From Octopus vulgaris (taxonomy: Eukaryota): a stretch of 64,000 nucleotides of DNA. Shown here piece after piece: positions 63,101-64,000 of this stretch. Where the stretch lies: the NCBI GenBank assembly GCA_951406725.2, contig OX597823.1, forward strand, positions 16,926,001 through 16,990,000, given 5' to 3'. How positions within the stretch are numbered: the first letter of the stretch is position 1; every line of letters begins with the position of its first letter. The position numbers and the translations under genes are program-made. A model generated the notes under the pieces. That model ran no database searches. It was not told the DNA's origin and worked only from the letters and a program-made list of their open reading frames with translations.

Positions 63101-64000
63101 ACTGCACAGCAATTTGAGATGATTTTTTTTTCGGTAAGTTAATCTTAAGAAATTAGATAGAATAAATGATATTGCATAGCTTACCTCTAAGGACTGGAGT
63201 TAGCAAAGTAGAAAGAAGACTTCCAGCATTGACAGCAAAATAGAAGACAGAGAAAAAACTTTGTACTAACTTTTCCTAAAACAAAAAAAAAAAAAAGGGT
63301 ATTGGAGGAAAGTGAAAGTTGAACTTCTAGTGAGTCAAATAACATTTTCTCTGAAAGAGAAACACTTTAAAATATTATATCGCTATCATATATACATCTT
63401 GATTTCTGATTCAGGTACAAGGTCACACACATTCACAGAAGAAAATGAGATTGTGTGACATTTATGCCTTTTTTTCTGTAAGTGTCAAAAGATATTCTGA
63501 GTAGAATTGAAACTACAACAGCTCAGTTCTTGACAACTGGTTCACTTTGAGCTAAGTTTTAATCCACTCTTTACAATCAGATCAGTTCTGCTTACACTCA
63601 CAATAGATTATTTCATATACAGCGTGAAGTAATGTTGTAATGTATATATATAAACCCAGTGACTTTTTTTCAAAGCATTACCTCCTTTTATATATAAGTA
63701 GCCAATGAGGGAGTCATTGCAAGTGACTATCACAAGCCACACATATCCCTAGTTACCTTAATGATCAGTAGATTACAGAGCATGGAACTCTGTCAAATGC
63801 CTTCTCTAAATTGATGAATGCTAAGTATATAGGCTTACTCTTAGCTAAACATTTCTACAGCTGTCTCATTTAGAAACTACATCTTATCTAGGCTAATTCT
63901 ATTCCTAATCCATTTTGTATTTAAAATAACTAAAAAAGCAAATACAAATGATAATGAATACATACCTCTCCTTTGCCAAATTGGTCTCCTCCAAAGGCTG
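25463..64000 (-). CDS. SLC15A1/SLC15A2: Proton-coupled oligopeptide transporter (POT/PTR2 family, PepT1/PepT2-like), multi-exon gene, 5'-truncated by window edge; 18 exons visible
   Basis: Exons with GT-AG ends join in frame (1694 nt = 2 nt + 564 codons). Family motifs: AFGGDQF, FYFAVNAGSLLS, CYTLAFGVPA, LFWALFDQQGSRWTLQA, PDQMQAINP, IPQYLLITIGEVMFSVTGL, APVSMKSVVQAAWLLTVAVGN. Confidence 0.96.
25844..26064. mobile_element. TTAA-type MITE, second family
   Basis: TTAAACCTTTGTTAC...GTAATGAAAGGGTTAA termini. Confidence 0.65.
27773..27880 (-). CDS. SLC15A1/SLC15A2: PepT exon, 108 nt: APVSMKSVVQAAWLLTVAVGNLIVVFVAQTALIENQ
   Basis: ccacag acceptor, CAG/GTAAGG donor, TM11. Confidence 0.96.
28085..28460 (-). 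mobile_element. CR1/L2-group LINE 3' end
   Basis: SLGFRGPQLFNIL..DVFKIKLDLFLSGVPDEP followed by an A-rich tail. Confidence 0.8.
28967..29364 (+). mobile_element. SINE family B
   Basis: family match. Confidence 0.87.
31574..31705 (-). CDS. SLC15A1/SLC15A2: PepT exon, 132 nt: FDIKIFHGLIEHTVSMLLQIPQYLLITIGEVMFSVTGLTFAYSE
   Basis: ttgcag acceptor, GTAAGT donor, TM10 with conserved GEV glutamate. Confidence 0.96.
31953..32536. mobile_element. Foldback element: ~215-bp inverted arms around a degenerate (TTAGGG)n spacer
   Basis: 32008-32222 is the reverse complement of 32322-32536 (the ORF track shows mirror ORFs); TTAGGG-like array at 32237-32310. Confidence 0.85.
32900..33295 (-). mobile_element. 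SINE family B, 5'-truncated
   Basis: family match. Confidence 0.85.
33584..33704 (-). CDS. SLC15A1/SLC15A2: PepT exon, 121 nt: YTVYNQGKNKSEWVKTQHILKILTGATYTVVIVPHGRKHK
   Basis: tttcag acceptor, GTAAAG donor, GxxYT motif near the end of the extracellular domain. Confidence 0.88.
34079..34460 (-). mobile_element. SINE family A, tail type 1
   Basis: family match. Confidence 0.87.
34562..34900 (+). mobile_element. SINE family A head (5'-truncated) with a third, different tail
   Basis: Matches family A up to CTTTCTCTCACTC, then diverges. Confidence 0.75.
35385..36478 (-). mobile_element. Decayed L1/Tx1-like LINE 3' part
   Basis: Zinc-knuckle-like CSRCMQS..TVLYTLILCP and AVFICLVALAKEVV; homologous to 57905-59478. 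Confidence 0.72.
37599..37721 (-). CDS. SLC15A1/SLC15A2: PepT exon, 123 nt: FFSMLPNSYSSRIKLKSEDSEFILNNTQMFVTPFMNIDPGE
   Basis: ttgcag acceptor, GTAAGT donor; phase 2-2. Confidence 0.87.
37949..38243. mobile_element. Solo LTR (295 bp)
   Basis: TGTGG...CTACA termini, exact 5-bp TSD ACTCC (37944-37948 / 38244-38248), GC- and CpG-rich against AT-rich flanks. Confidence 0.82.
38645..39022 (-). mobile_element. SINE family A, tail type 1
   Basis: family match. Confidence 0.87.
39327..39373 (-). CDS. SLC15A1/SLC15A2: PepT exon, 47 nt: ALEQPEKPPKYMTSVS
   Basis: ttgtag acceptor, CAG/GTAAGT donor; supplies the phase 0-to-2 change the next exon needs. Confidence 0.85.
39641..40020 (-). mobile_element. 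CR1-like LINE 3' end
   Basis: NTRGHIYKIRKQHSSHDFRKHFFTLRVAEAWNKLP. Confidence 0.86.
41505..41907 (+). mobile_element. RTE-clade LINE 3' end
   Basis: WTLSKKLERWLDG..QFAGHCCR..LLLWKP..AMMDREVWR then (TGA)n tail. Confidence 0.85.
42533..43066 (+). mobile_element. CR1-like LINE 3' end
   Basis: LPYSERLASLGMDTL..NTRGHVYKVR..WNKLP, (ATT)n tail. Confidence 0.86.
43145..43303 (-). CDS. SLC15A1/SLC15A2: PepT exon, 159 nt, extracellular domain: SSNLTKNNPGNFTVNYSESCTSDNMTKIDVQLNKGQATRLFFYEQDTKIHAVE
   Basis: aaacag acceptor, GTATGT donor, four N-glycosylation sequons, in frame. Confidence 0.87.
43562..43850. repeat. Palindrome: 134-bp arms (7 mismatches by eye), 21-nt spacer; each arm carries a hammerhead-like motif; probably inverted Penelope-type terminal repeats
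   Basis: 43562-43695 is the reverse complement of 43717-43850. Confidence 0.9.
45020..45303 (-). mobile_element. SINE family A head with a fourth tail type (related to 7126-7380)
   Basis: A/B box head; tail GGACTGGCATCCCATCCAG. Confidence 0.8.
45395..45791 (+). mobile_element. Non-autonomous Helitron
   Basis: A|TCTTTATATATAAAAG...CCCGAGCAACGCCGGG..CTAG|T. Confidence 0.87.
45840..45956 (-). CDS. SLC15A1/SLC15A2: PepT exon, 117 nt, extracellular domain start: RISEPQISPDQSGLSIVNVASCEVSVESVYFTGDLQYLQ
   Basis: ctaaag acceptor, CAG/GTAAGT donor, open frame, phase-compatible with neighbours. Confidence 0.85.
46631..47038 (+). mobile_element. SINE family B
   Basis: family match. Confidence 0.87.
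47460..47877 (-). mobile_element. SINE family B
   Basis: family match; inverted relative to 46631-47038. Confidence 0.87.
48126..48207 (-). CDS. SLC15A1/SLC15A2: PepT exon, 82 nt: PLQRMVTGMTFATSAFLMAGFVQLHLN
   Basis: ttctag acceptor, GTAAGT donor, TM9 PLxRMxxGM. Confidence 0.95.
48591..48882 (+). mobile_element. SINE family A, tail type 2
   Basis: family match, CpG-rich (young). Confidence 0.87.
50049..50437 (-). mobile_element. Non-autonomous Helitron nested in a TTAA MITE (49974-50591)
   Basis: Helitron ends interrupt MITE sequence, which resumes on the other side. Confidence 0.85.
51196..51284 (-). CDS. SLC15A1/SLC15A2: PepT exon, 89 nt: AINPILIILLIPLFETVIYPLLDRCHIPNR
   Basis: tttcag acceptor, GTAGTT donor, TM8. 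Confidence 0.95.
52242..52277 (-). CDS. SLC15A1/SLC15A2: PepT exon, 36 nt: GHLGILKPDQMQ
   Basis: ttgcag acceptor, GTAATT donor, PDQMQ motif; phase 0-0. Confidence 0.93.
52491..52910 (+). mobile_element. SINE family B
   Basis: family match. Confidence 0.85.
52942..53270 (+). mobile_element. SINE family E (tRNA head, Meta-like core TTGAGCAAGACACTTTATTTCAC)
   Basis: A box TGGCTCAGTGG, B box AGCTCGAATCC, TSD ACTCATAGCTA. Confidence 0.8.
54373..54417 (-). CDS. SLC15A1/SLC15A2: PepT exon, 45 nt: GSRWTLQAEMMDGSL
   Basis: taatag acceptor, GTAAGT donor, GSRWTLQA motif; phase 0-0. Confidence 0.95.
54606..54940 (-). mobile_element. SINE family B with internal deletion
   Basis: family match. Confidence 0.85.
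55465..55700 (-). mobile_element. SINE family C, full length
   Basis: family match, CpG-rich. Confidence 0.88.
56254..56343 (-). CDS. SLC15A1/SLC15A2: PepT exon, 90 nt: AVFVEDIKCLLRLLVMFLPVPLFWALFDQQ
   Basis: ttctag acceptor, GTATGA donor, TM7 FWALFDQQ. Confidence 0.96.
56484..56652. repeat. Perfect palindrome: 83-bp arms, 3-nt loop, between (TA)n tracts
   Basis: 56484-56566 is the exact reverse complement of 56570-56652 (checked by eye). Confidence 0.92.
56705..57090 (+). mobile_element. Internally deleted Tc1/mariner-superfamily remnant
   Basis: ELKECIQLAVQEITPEMIQNV...C...THVE* resembles a transposase C-terminus. Confidence 0.6.
57200..57286 (-). CDS. SLC15A1/SLC15A2: PepT exon, 87 nt: YSIRQYWVLRRSNTPTHPHWLDAGLDKYD
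   Basis: tctcag acceptor, GTAAGT donor, HWLDxxxxKYD motif. Confidence 0.94.
57606..57746. mobile_element. Mariner-type MITE
   Basis: TIRs AGGTTGTCCCAAAAGTTC / GAACTTTTGGGACAACCT, flanked by TA. Confidence 0.8.
57905..59478 (-). mobile_element. Decayed L1/Tx1-like LINE, 5'-truncated at the RT
   Basis: SYMDDIT..GRKINQKKS RT motifs, FLCLVALVKEVVWWTR C-terminus, AATAAA plus A-tail at about 57905-57916. Confidence 0.8.
60113..60625 (-). mobile_element. SINE-like family D copy with an expanded internal tandem array (about 5-6 units)
   Basis: Repeated GGTGCTTTTTACGTGCCACCGGCA units. Confidence 0.85.
60909..60991 (-). CDS. SLC15A1/SLC15A2: PepT exon, 83 nt: LFFIAGNKKYKKVPPTGHLLSKVCHCVF
   Basis: tttcag acceptor, GTAAGT donor, YKKxPPxG motif. 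Confidence 0.94.
61122..61189 (+). ncRNA. Type I hammerhead ribozyme motif (Penelope-type, minimal stem III)
   Basis: CCACA-CTGACGA-GGCT..AGCC-GAAA-C-CTG-GTT-TGTGG with a further TAGG/CCTA extension of stem I. Confidence 0.75.
62234..62311 (-). CDS. SLC15A1/SLC15A2: PepT exon, 78 nt: ADVKCFGGDCYTLAFGVPAVLMIIAL
   Basis: ttacag acceptor, GTAAGT donor, CYxLAFGVP motif; phase 1-1. Confidence 0.95.
63185..63275 (-). CDS. SLC15A1/SLC15A2: PepT exon, 91 nt: EKLVQSFFSVFYFAVNAGSLLSTLLTPVLR
   Basis: ttttag acceptor, GTAAGC donor, TM5 motif FYxxxNxGS. Confidence 0.95.
63966..64000 (-). CDS. SLC15A1/SLC15A2: PepT exon (partial): ..AFGGDQFGKGE
   Basis: PTR2-type motif AFGGDQF followed by donor GTATG; phase 0. 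Confidence 0.92.

Overview
AT-rich, repeat-dense animal genomic DNA. The mix of tRNA-derived SINEs, Nin-core SINEs and (TA)n/(CA)n/(ATT)n/(GAT)n microsatellites suggests an octopus or other coleoid cephalopod (inference). The main gene is a minus-strand proton-coupled oligopeptide transporter (POT/SLC15, PepT1/PepT2-like). I traced 18 GT-AG exons from 64000 (5' end lies outside the window) to the stop at 25463; they join in frame to 563 aa plus stop, covering TM4-TM12 and the metazoan extracellular domain. A probable last exon of a convergent plus-strand gene lies at 105-354. The rest is transposon-derived: about five SINE families, CR1/L2, RTE and L1-Tx1 LINE remnants, a Penelope-like GIY-YIG fragment, four non-autonomous Helitrons, TTAA and mariner MITEs, and a solo LTR with a 5-bp TSD. 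Most interesting signals: (1) several Penelope-type hammerhead ribozyme motifs, including one intact type I hammerhead (61122-61189) and a palindrome carrying two G3-C8 core-swapped hammerhead-like motifs (43562-43850); (2) three long intronic hairpins, each 140-300 nt upstream of a PepT exon, plus inverted TE pairs around exons, relevant to ADAR editing and circRNA; (3) joint loss of both residues of a presumed PepT intracellular-gate salt bridge; (4) a pri-miRNA-like hairpin at 7879-7958. All folding and alignment was done by eye.
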